DNA of 48,277 nt from the NCBI GenBank assembly GCA_964645795.1, contig CAZYCL010000005.1:124771-173047 (forward strand), in the 5' to 3' direction. The translations under genes and the position numbers were made by a program. Of the stretch, positions 26,059 through 35,915 are shown one piece after another. This DNA comes from an uncultured Planctomycetales bacterium (lineage in GTDB: Bacteria; Omnitrophota; Gorgyraeia; Gygaellales; Profunditerraquicolaceae). The notes under the pieces are model-generated. The model was not told where the DNA came from. It did no database searches and saw only the letters and a program-made list of their open reading frames with translations. How positions within the stretch are numbered: position 1 is the stretch's first letter; every line of letters starts with the position of its first letter.

Positions 26059-26212
26059 ATTCCCTGCGGTGCGCGTTGGAACATTGATAATTGTTGAGCC
26101 AACACCAACAATCAGGGGCCCAAAAGTTCCCGGCGCCTAAGGCTACGGGACAGGGTACCCACCTGAAACCAAATGGTTCAGACTATCACTCTGACGGCAC
26201 AATGCGGGGATT
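26059..26212 (+). ncRNA. ssrS: 6S RNA
   Basis: Ends pair as a rod (TCCCTGCGGTGC with GCACAATGCGGGGA); 3' internal hairpin CTGAAACCAAATGGTTCAG resembles the conserved 6S motif; typical position after pheT. Boundaries approximate. Confidence 0.8.
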
Positions 26213-26216
26213 GAAT

Positions 26217-26271
26217 ATCCGTCCCGCCGCTCTGGCCGGTGCAAAAACCGGATCCGGAATGCGGGACGGAT
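26217..26271. repeat. TCCCG...CGGGA-type hairpin downstream of 6S RNA (may double as terminator)
   Basis: 11-bp perfect arms ATCCGTCCCGC/GCGGGACGGAT with inner CCGGT/ACCGG hairpin; followed by a T-rich tract. Confidence 0.7.
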
Positions 26272-26349
26272 TTATTTTAGGCCCCCCTGTTTCTATTCCC
26301 AATCGCAAAAAATCTGATATAATAATATCCCTAAAGGCGATCGGATCAT

Positions 26350-27681
26350 ATGGCCACAAACTCCGTCGATCTATTCGAAGAACAGACAGTCTTGGCTCAA
26401 GAGCTGCCCCTTGCCTTGAGGATGCGTCCGCGCAGCCTCGAAGATCTGGTGGGCCAGGGACATCTTTTGGGAAAAGGCAAGCTTTTAAGGCGTTCGATTG
26501 AAGCCGATCGGTTAAGCTCCCTTATATTATACGGTCCGCCCGGCACAGGCAAAACATCGATTGCCAGCTGTATTGCCAGCGCCACCCGCTCGCAGTACAT
26601 CGCCATTAACGCCACTACCTCCAATGTCGATGAACTAAGAAAGATAATCGCCCGCGTAAAACAAACAAGGCAGGCCCGCGGCCAGAAGACCACCCTTTTT
26701 ATCGACGAGATCCACCGTTTCAACAAAGCGCAGCAGGACGTCCTGTTGCCGGACATAGAGGAAGGTAACCCCGTGTTGATCGGGGCCACGGTACATAACC
26801 CGTTTTTTTCCATAGTATCGGCTCTCCTGTCGCGGTCCCTGGTCTGCGAACTAAAAGCCCTGAAGAACGAAGAAATCATCGCCATATTGGACCGCGCACT
26901 AAAGGACAAAGACAGGGGCTTGGGCAGGATAAAAGTAAAGCTTGATAAAAAGGCCGCGCAGTTCCTGGCTAAGGCCAGTTCAGGGGATGCCCGCCGCGCC
27001 CTCAATGCCCTTGAGATAGGAGCGTTGACCACCGCTGCCGCTAAAGACGGCTGGGTGAATTTTGATCTGGCGGTCGCTGAGGAGTCCATTCAGAAGAAGG
27101 CCCTGCTTTACGACCGCGACGAGGACGAGCATTACGATACCGCCTCCGCATTCATAAAATCCATGCGCGGCTCCGATCCGGACGCGGCGATCTACTGGAT
27201 GGCTAAGATGCTCTATGCCGGAGAAGACCCGCGGTTCATCGCCCGCCGCCTTTGTATCCTGGCAGCCGAAGACGTGGGCAACGCCGATCCCCTGGGGCTG
27301 GTCCTGGCAAATGCCGCATTGCAGATCTCTGAATTTGTGGGTATGCCCGAGGCGCGCATCCCCCTTGCCCAGGCGGTGATATATCTGGCCTGCGCACCCA
27401 AATCCAACGCCAGCTACCTGGCGCTGGAGAAGGCCTACAAAAGCGTAGAGGAACAGAGGACCCAGGAAGTCCCCGGGCATTTAAAAGACGCCTCTTACGC
27501 CGGGGCAGAAAAGCTGGGCCGGGGCAAGGGTTACAAATACGCACACGATTACCCCGGGCATTACGTAAAGCAGGAGTATGCGCCGAAGAAAACCAGGTTT
27601 TATCAGCCTACCGAGATCGGCTACGAAGCCAAGATAAAGCAACGCATGGAAAAGCTCAATTCATCTGAAAAAAGGAGATAA
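26350..27681 (+). CDS. rarA: Replication-associated recombination protein A (MgsA/RarA AAA+ ATPase)
   Basis: PLALRMRP, YGPPGTGKT, FIDEIHRFNKAQQD, GDARRALN, SAFIKSMRGSDPDAA, YKYAHDY. Confidence 0.96.
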   Translation: MATNSVDLFEEQTVLAQELPLALRMRPRSLEDLVGQGHLLGKGKLLRRSIEADRLSSLILYGPPGTGKTSIASCIASATRSQYIAINATTSNVDELRKIIARVKQTRQARGQKTTLFIDEIHRFNKAQQDVLLPDIEEGNPVLIGATVHNPFFSIVSALLSRSLVCELKALKNEEIIAILDRALKDKDRGLGRIKVKLDKKAAQFLAKASSGDARRALNALEIGALTTAAAKDGWVNFDLAVAEESIQKKALLYDRDEDEHYDTASAFIKSMRGSDPDAAIYWMAKMLYAGEDPRFIARRLCILAAEDVGNADPLGLVLANAALQISEFVGMPEARIPLAQAVIYLACAPKSNASYLALEKAYKSVEEQRTQEVPGHLKDASYAGAEKLGRGKGYKYAHDYPGHYVKQEYAPKKTRFYQPTEIGYEAKIKQRMEKLNSSEKRR

Positions 27682-27683
27682 GA

Positions 27684-28145
27684 ATGAAAAAGCCGATATC
27701 GTTGACGGCAGTCATTGTGATGATCGTTTTGTCTGCGGGCTGCCAGAATACCCAAAACCGCACGGGGGAAGGCGCGGTTATTGGCGGCCTGCTGGGTGCG
27801 GCAGCAGGAGGCATAATCGGACACCAGGATGGCCACGGAGGCGAAGGGGCGGCGATAGGCGCAGCAGCCGGGGCCCTGACCGGAGCGCTGGTAGGCAGTC
27901 AGGTAAAAAAACAGCCGCAGCCTTCATCCAGACAGCCAGCCCAGTCCGTTCAGGCGGCAAACCCTAATCAGATGCCCCTGCAGCAGATAGTCAGCTTAAC
28001 TAAGCAAGGCGTGAACGAGGACGTTATCATAGACAAGGTACGCCTTACCAGCTCAAGGTACAGCCTTAGCCAGGCCGATATAGATTACCTTAAAAACGAA
28101 GGCGTTTCGCAAAAGGTGATAAGCGCCATGCAGGCCCAGCAATGA
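27684..28145 (+). CDS. Glycine-zipper lipoprotein
   Basis: Lipobox [22 protein letters not shown]...[13 protein letters not shown] glycine zipper, short helical C-domain ([14 protein letters not shown]). Confidence 0.8.
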   Translation: MKKPISLTAVIVMIVLSAGCQNTQNRTGEGAVIGGLLGAAAGGIIGHQDGHGGEGAAIGAAAGALTGALVGSQVKKQPQPSSRQPAQSVQAANPNQMPLQQIVSLTKQGVNEDVIIDKVRLTSSRYSLSQADIDYLKNEGVSQKVISAMQAQQ

Positions 28146-31100
28146 CCCCGTTCAGCCTTATAATTGTAATTTTAGGCGCAGCGCTGCTTTTTTACGGTCT
28201 AATCGGGCTGCTCTTGCCGGTTTCCGGAGCGGATAAAGAGAAAAAGAAGCCGCCGGTTCCGCCATTTCCCGCCAGGCCCGGCGAGCCTTTAAGGTCGGAC
28301 AAAAACCAGAAACAACAGCAGTTTGTGCTCATCCAGGAAGAGCTGGAGAGGTTAAAAAACGAACGGGCCGAGATTGAATCCAAGCTCAAGGCGGCCCTCG
28401 ATAGCCAGACGCAGCTTAAGGCCGAGCTTGAACGCCGCAACGACTGGGTAGGGAAATCCGAGGCCGCATTAAACAAGGTCAAGGAAGAGAACAACGACCT
28501 TAAAAAAAGTTTTCTGGCCAAGGAAACGGAATCTCAGGATCTGTTTACCAAGAACGTAAACCTCACTAAGGAGATCAAAGAGCAGGTTGAGAAGTTCGCC
28601 GGGCTTGAGAAGGACATCAGGGATAAGTCAGAGCAGATCGAGATTCAAAAACACCAGATCGAAAAGCTCAATAACGACATCAAAGGGTTTAAAGAGAAGG
28701 TCTCGGAGTATCAGAAAAGAGAGTCAAACAGCGAATGGGTCCCCAAGCAGGAGTTTGGCAAGCTCAACGAAGAGTTTACGCAGCTTGAAAAAGAGCTGGA
28801 AGAAAAAGATGAGAAGCTCAGGATCGCCTGCGAAGAGATAGTGCAGTTAAAGGCCCAGCTGAACTCAAGGGCGGATTTTGAGGTAACGCCGGCTGAACCG
28901 ACCGAACCCCCCACAACTAAAGCCCCGGAAGCCGTTGTGCCTCAAGAATCGGCCGCCGACAAAGAGGCCGTTGCCGAAGAAAAGATCGAAGGCCAGACCG
29001 TAGATCAGCCTGCAGCCGCCCCTCCCGTCGAGGAACCCCCTCCTCCAGAGGCAGCAGCACCAGACCAAACCCCTTCTCCTGAACCAGAAGCCCCTCCTGT
29101 AGAGGCGCAGGCCGCACAAGAAAGCACCAAGGCTTTGCCGGAAGAAAAAGCCGAAGAAGAAAAATCCGAAGCTCCGGCAGAAAAGGCCGCGCGCACGGTA
29201 GAGGCAGACCTTAGCAAGGTCAGGAACATCGGGATAATGGCGCATATTGATGCCGGCAAAACCACGCTTTCCGAAAGAATACTTTATTACACCGGCAAGT
29301 CACACAAGATCGGGGAAGTGCACGACGGACATGCCACCATGGACTGGATGAAACAGGAGCAGGAGAGAGGGATTACCATAACGGCGGCCGCTACGACTTG
29401 TTTCTGGAAGGACCATCGGATCAATTTAATCGATACGCCAGGCCACGTGGATTTTACCGTTGAGGTAGAACGCAGCTTGCGCGTTCTTGACGGCGCAGTG
29501 GCGGTATTCTGTGCGGTAGGAGGGGTGGAGCCGCAGTCTGAGACGGTCTGGCATCAGTCCGACAAGTATAACGTCCCGAAACTTGCCTTTGTCAATAAAA
29601 TGGACCGCGTAGGAGCAAACTTCTTTGCCGTTGTAAAAGGCATCGAGCAGGAGCTTGGGGCCAATCCCGTCTGCGTCAATATACCGTTAGGAGCGGAAGC
29701 CGATTTTAAGGGGATCATCGATCTTATCGAGATGAAGGCCCATTTTTTTGATGAAACTTCGCAGGGCAAAGAGTATAAGAAGGAAGACATCCCCCAGGAT
29801 TATGCCGAGCAGGCCGGTGAATACCGCCATATTCTCGTAGAGAAGGTCGCTACCTTCGATGAGGCGCTTACTAAAAAGTATCTTGAGTCCGAGGCTTCGA
29901 TCACCAATGATGAGCTTATAAAGGTTATCCGCCAGGCTACCATCGCCAACAAGATGGTCCCGGTATTCTGCGGCTCGGCATTTAAGAATAAAGGCGTGCA
30001 GCAACTCCTGGACGGAGTTAGCGCGTTCCTGCCGTCCCCTGTTGACCTGCCCCCGGTAAAAGGCCACGATATCGACGACGAAAACAGGCCCATCGAAAGA
30101 AAGCCGGATACCAAAGAGCCGTTTTCAGGGCTGGCATTTAAGGTTCAGACAGATCCCCATATGGGCAAGCTCGTATATGTGCGCGTCTACTCAGGGGTGC
30201 TTGAGACCGGCACATACGTGCTTAACTCCACCAAGAACAAGAAGGAGCGCGTGGGCCGCATCGTCCAGATGCACGCCAACCAAAGGCACAACGTTGAGTA
30301 CGCCGCTGCCGGAGATATCGTAGCCGTGGTGGGCCTTTCCAACACCATAACCGGGGATACGCTTTGTTATCCCGAGAATAAGCTGATCTTTGAAGCGATC
30401 AAATTCCCCGCCCCGGTAGTCTCGATGAGCATCACCCCCAAGAGCCGCTCGGATCAGGACAAGCTCGGTAAGGGGCTGGCAAAGCTTACCGAGGAAGACC
30501 CGACATTCGTCGTCCAGACCGACGAGGAGACAAAAGAGACGCTGCTTACCGGGATGGGCGAGCTGCACCTGGAGATCATCGTCGACAGATTAAAAGAGGA
30601 GTTTGGGGTCGAGACCATCGTCGGCCAGCCGCGCGTAGCCTACCGGGAGACGATTACCAAATCCGGCGGCGCGGAAGGAAAGTATATCAGGCAGACCGGC
30701 GGGAGAGGCCAGTACGGCCACGTTGTCCTTGAGATAGCCCCCCAGGAGTCGGGAAAGGGTTTTGAGTTCGTTGATGCGATAAAGGGAGGCGCCATCCCGC
30801 GCTCGTTCATCCCTTCCGTTGAAAAGGGGGTTATCGAGGCGATGGGCAAGGGCGTATATGCCGGCTATCCGGTAGTCGACGTCAAAGTAACCCTTGTGGA
30901 CGGCTCGTTCCACGAAGTGGACTCTTCGGAGTTGGCCTTTAAGATGGCGTCCAGCATCGGATTTAAAGAGGCGTTTATGAAGTCAGAGCCTGTTTTACTG
31001 GAGCCCTGCATGTCGCTGGAAGTCACTACCCCCGAAGAGTACTTGAACAGCCTTATCGGATATATCTGTTCGCGCCGGGGCAAGATCCTTAATACCGACG

Positions 31101-31297
31101 CCAAGGGAAAACAGAAGATTATATCGGCGCAGGTGCCGCTGGGAGAGATGTTCGGATATGCCACCAACATCAGGTCTTTAAGCAGCGGCCGGGCCTCTGC
31201 CTCCATGGAGTTCGACAAATATCTGCAGGCTCCCAACGAAATCGCCCAAAGGATAATCGCCGAGAAGAAAGAAAAGGAAGAGCAGCAAAGAAAGTGA
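28142..31297 (+). CDS. fusA: Elongation factor G paralog with N-terminal TM helix, coiled coil and Pro/Glu/Ala-rich linker (1051 aa)
   Basis: aa ~355-1051 carry [58 protein letters not shown] and MFGYAT; one continuous ORF from the ATGA overlap with the lipoprotein. Confidence 0.93.
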   Translation: MTPFSLIIVILGAALLFYGLIGLLLPVSGADKEKKKPPVPPFPARPGEPLRSDKNQKQQQFVLIQEELERLKNERAEIESKLKAALDSQTQLKAELERRNDWVGKSEAALNKVKEENNDLKKSFLAKETESQDLFTKNVNLTKEIKEQVEKFAGLEKDIRDKSEQIEIQKHQIEKLNNDIKGFKEKVSEYQKRESNSEWVPKQEFGKLNEEFTQLEKELEEKDEKLRIACEEIVQLKAQLNSRADFEVTPAEPTEPPTTKAPEAVVPQESAADKEAVAEEKIEGQTVDQPAAAPPVEEPPPPEAAAPDQTPSPEPEAPPVEAQAAQESTKALPEEKAEEEKSEAPAEKAARTVEADLSKVRNIGIMAHIDAGKTTLSERILYYTGKSHKIGEVHDGHATMDWMKQEQERGITITAAATTCFWKDHRINLIDTPGHVDFTVEVERSLRVLDGAVAVFCAVGGVEPQSETVWHQSDKYNVPKLAFVNKMDRVGANFFAVVKGIEQELGANPVCVNIPLGAEADFKGIIDLIEMKAHFFDETSQGKEYKKEDIPQDYAEQAGEYRHILVEKVATFDEALTKKYLESEASITNDELIKVIRQATIANKMVPVFCGSAFKNKGVQQLLDGVSAFLPSPVDLPPVKGHDIDDENRPIERKPDTKEPFSGLAFKVQTDPHMGKLVYVRVYSGVLETGTYVLNSTKNKKERVGRIVQMHANQRHNVEYAAAGDIVAVVGLSNTITGDTLCYPENKLIFEAIKFPAPVVSMSITPKSRSDQDKLGKGLAKLTEEDPTFVVQTDEETKETLLTGMGELHLEIIVDRLKEEFGVETIVGQPRVAYRETITKSGGAEGKYIRQTGGRGQYGHVVLEIAPQESGKGFEFVDAIKGGAIPRSFIPSVEKGVIEAMGKGVYAGYPVVDVKVTLVDGSFHEVDSSELAFKMASSIGFKEAFMKSEPVLLEPCMSLEVTTPEEYLNSLIGYICSRRGKILNTDAKGKQKIISAQVPLGEMFGYATNIRSLSSGRASASMEFDKYLQAPNEIAQRIIAEKKEKEEQQRK

Positions 31298-31305
31298 TTT
31301 TAGGC

Positions 31306-31333
31306 TTGCAATAGCCGCATCCCGGTATATAAT
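31306..31333 (+). promoter_or_regulatory. Sigma70-type promoter for the cyclophilin gene (probably leaderless)
   Basis: TTGCAA-16 nt-TATAAT; ATG 8 nt downstream of the -10. Confidence 0.55.
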
Positions 31334-31340
31334 GCAGAAA

Positions 31341-31892
31341 ATGAAAAAAACTCTTTGTGCAGCGGTTGCGTCGATTTTTATAGCGGGTTTTTTCACGAAA
31401 GGATACGCCGTGGACAATAAAATAGTGATACTGGAGACTGATCAGGGCAGGATCACCATCAAGCTCCTGCCGCATGTCGCGCCTAAAGCCTGCGAGAATT
31501 TCTTGGGGCTGGCCGCCAAAGGTTATTATGACGGTACGGCCTTTCACAGGGTAATAAAGGGCTTTATGATACAGGGGGGAGACCCTACGGGTACCGGAGC
31601 AGGGGGCAAGTCTATCTGGGGCAGGTCGTTTGAGGATGAGACCAGCGATGAGGTAAGCTTCGATATGCCGGGCCTGGTGGCTATGGCCAACGCCGGCCCC
31701 AATACTAACGGCAGCCAGTTTTTTATCACTACCGCCAGGACCCCGTGGCTGGATTCCAAGCACACCATATTCGGTGAAGTCATAGACGGTTACGATGTCG
31801 TCCAGAAGATCGAGAACACGCCTACGGACTCCTCTGACAGGCCGCTTGCGCCCCAGAAGATCGTCCGCGCCTATTCCGAGGACACTCCCTAG
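31341..31892 (+). CDS. ppiA: Cyclophilin-type peptidyl-prolyl cis-trans isomerase with signal peptide
   Basis: FHRVIKGFMIQGGDP, AMANAGPNTNGSQFFIT, WLDSKHTIFG; MKK-hydrophobic signal; the track start at 31332 overlaps the -10 box. Confidence 0.93.
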   Translation: MKKTLCAAVASIFIAGFFTKGYAVDNKIVILETDQGRITIKLLPHVAPKACENFLGLAAKGYYDGTAFHRVIKGFMIQGGDPTGTGAGGKSIWGRSFEDETSDEVSFDMPGLVAMANAGPNTNGSQFFITTARTPWLDSKHTIFGEVIDGYDVVQKIENTPTDSSDRPLAPQKIVRAYSEDTP

Positions 31893-31906
31893 GGCCGGCT
31901 TCTAAC

Positions 31907-31936
31907 AAAAAAGGCCCTTATTTTAAGGGCCCTTTT
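31907..31936. terminator. Possible bidirectional intrinsic terminator after ppiA
   Basis: A-run, GGCCCTTA-TTT-TAAGGGCC hairpin, then CTTTT. Confidence 0.5.
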
Positions 31937-32074
31937 CGGAGGAGATAATCCTCGATGGCTTGCGCTATCCCCCATCCTCCTTCGGTTGACAAACAAAATG
32001 AGCATTACAATAATGCCATAATTTCTGGCTGGGACAAGGCCCCGGGAGGCTTTTATTGAAAACGCTTACCAAAG

Positions 32075-34129
32075 ATGCATAAGAATGCCGGTCGCATCGA
32101 TTATGAGAAGGAGTTAAACCCTGCCCAACTGGAAGCGGTAATGTCCGTGCATGGGCCTCATTTGGTCATCGCCGGGGCCGGAAGCGGCAAGACCAGGGTC
32201 CTGGTATACCGCGTAGCGCATTTGGTAGAAAAGGGCGTGCGGCCGCAAGACATACTGCTTCTTACTTTCACGCGCCGGGCGGCCAAGGAGATGCTCTTGC
32301 GGGCCGAACGGCTCCTGGATGAGCGTTGCAGCCGCGTCAGCGGCGGGACATTCCACTCCTTTGCCAATTCGGTGCTCAGAAAATACGCTTCACTCTGCCG
32401 CATATCAGCTGACTTTACCATCTTGGACCAGAGCGATGCCGAGGACACCATAAATCTGGTGCGTACGCAGCTCGGGTTCCACAAACAGGATAAGCGCTTT
32501 CCGCGCAAAAGCACCATCCTCGAGGTGATCTCCAAAAGCACCAATAAGTCCCAGAAGATAGAAGAAGTTCTTTTCGATGAATATCCGCATTTCCTGGAGT
32601 GGGAAGACCAGATAAAGAGGATCCGCCGGGAATACGAGAAATACAAAAGAGACAAGTCGCTGCTGGATTATGACGACCTGCTGGTCTTTTTTAAAAACCT
32701 CCTTAGCGATAATCCGCAGGCAAGGAGCGCGCTTTCAAAAAAATACGGCTACATCATGGTCGACGAGTACCAGGATACCAATAAGCTGCAGGCGCATATC
32801 GCCTGCCTTCTGGCAAGCGAACACCGCAATATCATGGTAGTAGGGGACGACGCGCAGAGCATTTACTCTTTCCGCGGGGCGAACTTCAAGAACATCATTG
32901 ACTTCCCGAAGATATTCAAGGACACGCGCGTAATCACTTTAGAGGAGAATTACCGCTCCACCCAGCCCATACTGGACCTGACCAACGAGATCATCAGCCG
33001 CGCCTCGGACAAGTTCGATAAGAATCTTTATACCCGCAATAAAGGGGGCAAGCTGCCTGTCTTTATCGACGCACGGGACGAGCACGCCCAGTCCAAATAT
33101 ATCGCTGATAAGATCCTGGAGTTACGCGAAGAAGGGGCCGAGCTTAAGGACATCGCGGTGCTATTCCGCTCAGGCTGGCACTCCAATGACCTGGAAGTGG
33201 AGCTGGCCGGCCGCGGCCTGCCGTTTGTTAAATACGGCGGGCAGAAGTTCGTCGAGGCCTCACACATAAAGGACGTCATTTCCTATCTGAGGGTAATAAA
33301 TAATGGCAGCGATGAAGTCAGCTGGCTGAGGATCCTGCTATTGATGCCGGGGATAGGGCCTCGCACCGCAGAGCGTTTTATCAATAAATTCATCCTGAAA
33401 AAAGGGGATGAAAAGATAGATGATTCTTTTGTCGCCAGACACGAATACCTGGGCAAACTTTTTACTTTGCTCAAAGACATCCCCCCGGGATTAAGCCCGC
33501 AGGGCTTAATCCAGTCCTGCATCGAACATTATAAGCCTCTCTTAAAGGAGAATTACGACGATTTTGATAAGCGCCTGCATGACCTGGATTCCTTGATCCG
33601 GATAGCTTCGCGCTATAGATCGACGGAAAGCTTCCTGACCGATATGGCGCTGGAGCCTCCGGAAAGAAGCCTGGTGGAGAAAGGCCTCAAAGACGCAGAT
33701 GACTCCTCTCTGGTGCTTTCTACGATACACTCCGCAAAAGGCCTTGAATGGCAGACGGTGTTTTTGATCTATGTGGCCGAAGGGCACCTGCCTTCTTACC
33801 TCTCATTTGAGAACAAGGATGCCATGGAAGAAGAACGCCGGCTTTTCTATGTGGCAGCGACCCGCGCCAAAGAAAACCTTTATTTGCTCAAGCCTCATCT
33901 GGACCGCTCCCCGCGCTCAGGCCTTGATGAAGGGGGGATGGTTTTTACCCAGCCCTCCAGGTTCATTGAGGAGGGCTCCATCCTCCATAACCTTGTCAGG
34001 GTCGAGGCATCTGCCCGCATAGGAGATCCTTTTGAGAGCCTTGATCCCGGCGACATTGCGGATTTTGTACCGGAAGACAAAAGGCGCCTTTTTGAGGCTA
34101 TCGAAGAGTTTTTTCCGGATAATGAATGA
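32075..34129 (+). CDS. UvrD/PcrA-family SF1 ATP-dependent DNA helicase
   Basis: LNPAQ, IAGAGSGKT, LTFTRRAA, VDEYQDTN, VGDDAQSIYSFRGA, LEENYRST, STIHSAKGLEW, EERRLFYVAATRAK. Confidence 0.95.
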   Translation: MHKNAGRIDYEKELNPAQLEAVMSVHGPHLVIAGAGSGKTRVLVYRVAHLVEKGVRPQDILLLTFTRRAAKEMLLRAERLLDERCSRVSGGTFHSFANSVLRKYASLCRISADFTILDQSDAEDTINLVRTQLGFHKQDKRFPRKSTILEVISKSTNKSQKIEEVLFDEYPHFLEWEDQIKRIRREYEKYKRDKSLLDYDDLLVFFKNLLSDNPQARSALSKKYGYIMVDEYQDTNKLQAHIACLLASEHRNIMVVGDDAQSIYSFRGANFKNIIDFPKIFKDTRVITLEENYRSTQPILDLTNEIISRASDKFDKNLYTRNKGGKLPVFIDARDEHAQSKYIADKILELREEGAELKDIAVLFRSGWHSNDLEVELAGRGLPFVKYGGQKFVEASHIKDVISYLRVINNGSDEVSWLRILLLMPGIGPRTAERFINKFILKKGDEKIDDSFVARHEYLGKLFTLLKDIPPGLSPQGLIQSCIEHYKPLLKENYDDFDKRLHDLDSLIRIASRYRSTESFLTDMALEPPERSLVEKGLKDADDSSLVLSTIHSAKGLEWQTVFLIYVAEGHLPSYLSFENKDAMEEERRLFYVAATRAKENLYLLKPHLDRSPRSGLDEGGMVFTQPSRFIEEGSILHNLVRVEASARIGDPFESLDPGDIADFVPEDKRRLFEAIEEFFPDNE

Positions 34130-34173
34130 CCTTTTGTCTTGAGGGCCGTGTTGAATTATGCTAAAATATTTCT

Positions 34174-34824
34174 ATGATAATTACCGAAAAGAAACCGTCT
34201 GAAGAGCTCAAAGAGAGCCTAAAAGGTTATAAGCGCATATTTTTGATTGGCTGCGGCGAGTGCGCTACTGCCTGCAAGACCGGGGGGGCTGCCGAGATAC
34301 TGGAGGCACAGAAGGCCCTGGAAGAGATGGGCAAGTTCATAACCGGCACCTGTATCCCGCAGGCGCCCTGCCTGGCCTCCCAGGTAAAAGCGGAGCTGGC
34401 TAAGCACTCCGCGGCGCTCAGGGAATCTGATGCGGTGCTGATCTTTGCCTGCGGCCTTGGCGTGCAGTCGGTAAAAGACAACAGCAGGCTGGATTTGACT
34501 GTTATCCCGGCGTTGGACTCCGTGTGCGGGGCGGTTATGGACGCAAAGGGGAGCTTTATCGAGAAGTGTTCTACTTGTGGGGAATGTTCCTTGGCGCAAA
34601 CCGCAGGTATCTGCGCGGTTACGCTCTGCCCTAAAGGATTGGCCAACGGCCCCTGCGGCGGCGTCAACAAGGGGAAATGCGAATTGGACCCGGACAAGGA
34701 CTGCGCCTGGGTGCTTATTTACAATGAACTGGCCAGAAAAAACAGGACCAAAGATATGATGAGCATACGTAAGGCCAGGGATTTCAAGAAATCAGTCAAG
34801 CCCCATGTAGTCAGGCCAGGATAA
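34174..34824 (+). CDS. Methylenetetrahydrofolate reductase C-terminal-domain (MetV-like, Cys-rich) protein
   Basis: IGCGECATACKTGG, ACGLGVQ, CSTCGEC...GICAVTLCPKGLANGPCGG...CELDPDKDCAW. Confidence 0.85.
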   Translation: MIITEKKPSEELKESLKGYKRIFLIGCGECATACKTGGAAEILEAQKALEEMGKFITGTCIPQAPCLASQVKAELAKHSAALRESDAVLIFACGLGVQSVKDNSRLDLTVIPALDSVCGAVMDAKGSFIEKCSTCGECSLAQTAGICAVTLCPKGLANGPCGGVNKGKCELDPDKDCAWVLIYNELARKNRTKDMMSIRKARDFKKSVKPHVVRPG

Positions 34825-35243
34825 TGGATAGTCAGCAGTATTCCGATATGGTGATGGATCATTTTATGCGCCCCCGCAACGTAGGCGAGATCCCGGATGC
34901 CGACGGAGTAGGCAAGGTCGGCAACCCTATCTGCGGCGACATAATGAAGATGTATCTTAAGATCAAAGACGGCCTGATCACCGACGCCAAGTTTAAGACC
35001 TTCGGATGCGGGGCGGCCATCGCTACCAGCTCTATGGTCACAGAGATGGTCAAAGGCAAAAGCATCGATGAAGCGCTTAAAATATCCAACCAGGCGGTAG
35101 CCGAAGCCCTGGGAGGTCTGCCTTCGGCCAAGATGCACTGCTCGGTACTGGCAGAAGAAGCTTTACGGGGGGCCCTGAACGACTACTATCAAAGGCAGGG
35201 AAAACCCGTCCCTTTTAAGGCCGGAAAGAATCCTCATTGTTGA
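34824..35243 (+). CDS. nifU: Fe-S cluster scaffold NifU/IscU
   Basis: VMDHFMRPRNVG, GNPICGDIM, KTFGCGAAIATSS, KMHCSVLAEEAL. Confidence 0.94.
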   Translation: MDSQQYSDMVMDHFMRPRNVGEIPDADGVGKVGNPICGDIMKMYLKIKDGLITDAKFKTFGCGAAIATSSMVTEMVKGKSIDEALKISNQAVAEALGGLPSAKMHCSVLAEEALRGALNDYYQRQGKPVPFKAGKNPHC

Positions 35244-35263
35244 CAAGAAGTTAAGGCAAAAAG

Positions 35264-35821
35264 ATGTCATCGCTTAGGTTGACAAAACCCCAAATCCGTA
35301 GTAAAATTCTTTTAAAGTTAAAATTACAGAAGGAGGCAGATCGAAACCGAAAGAGCAGGAGAATCAAGGAAAAGCTTCTTAAGGCAGCAGTCTTTAAGAA
35401 AGCCAAAAAAGTGATGTTTTATGTCGCGTTCGGTGGCGAGGTCGAAACAACAGAGATGATTAAGGAAGCCCGGAAATCAGGTAAAATAATAGCAGTGCCA
35501 GTGTGCATGGCAAACCGGATAAGTATCCGCCCATGTATCTTAAACTATAACGCGGGGCTGATAAAAGGCCCTTACGGGGTATTGGAGCCGGCGGTCAAAA
35601 GGTACCTCTCTCTAGATGAGCTGGACCTTGTGATCGTCCCCGGCGTTGCCTTTGATAAAAAAGGCAACCGTCTTGGCCGCGGTAAAGGCTGTTACGATTC
35701 TTTTCTAAAGAAGATACCCCGGGATACGCCTTCAATAGGCCTGGCATTCGACTTCCAGATATTACCTTCCTTACCCACCGAAGCCCACGACGTAGGCGTC
35801 CAGCAAGTCTTATTTTCCTAA
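35264..35821 (+). CDS. ygfA: 5-formyltetrahydrofolate cyclo-ligase
   Basis: [42 protein letters not shown]; alternative TTG start at 35279. Confidence 0.93.
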   Translation: MSSLRLTKPQIRSKILLKLKLQKEADRNRKSRRIKEKLLKAAVFKKAKKVMFYVAFGGEVETTEMIKEARKSGKIIAVPVCMANRISIRPCILNYNAGLIKGPYGVLEPAVKRYLSLDELDLVIVPGVAFDKKGNRLGRGKGCYDSFLKKIPRDTPSIGLAFDFQILPSLPTEAHDVGVQQVLFS

Positions 35822-35838
35822 ACTCTTTATCTTTTCTC

Positions 35839-35887
35839 TAAGCGGCGATAAAGGCGCGACTGTTGAACGGCCGTCTGCCGCCGCTTA
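35839..35887. repeat. Inverted repeat between ygfA and rny
   Basis: 9-bp perfect arms TAAGCGGCG/CGCCGCTTA around a 31-nt loop. Confidence 0.55.
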
Positions 35888-35915
35888 TGATTATAACAGG
35901 AGGAGGCTGTTTACC

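Noticed and set aside
26091-26501. 136-aa plus-strand ORF before rarA
   Set aside because: Overlaps the 6S RNA, a hairpin element and rarA in another frame; TTG start without RBS.
27928-27947. CCAGACAG CCAGCCCA resembling the pheT octamer
   Set aside because: Only two degenerate units in a Gln/Pro/Ser-rich linker; explained by codon composition.
29190-29240. Internal start producing a free EF-G from the fusion ORF
   Set aside because: No canonical start codon with RBS precedes the G1 strand; the first Met (NIGIM) lies inside the G-domain. Not excluded experimentally.
29443-29450. CCACGTGG as a second parS
   Set aside because: Flanks do not match parS, and the sequence is dictated by the conserved PGHVDF motif of EF-G.
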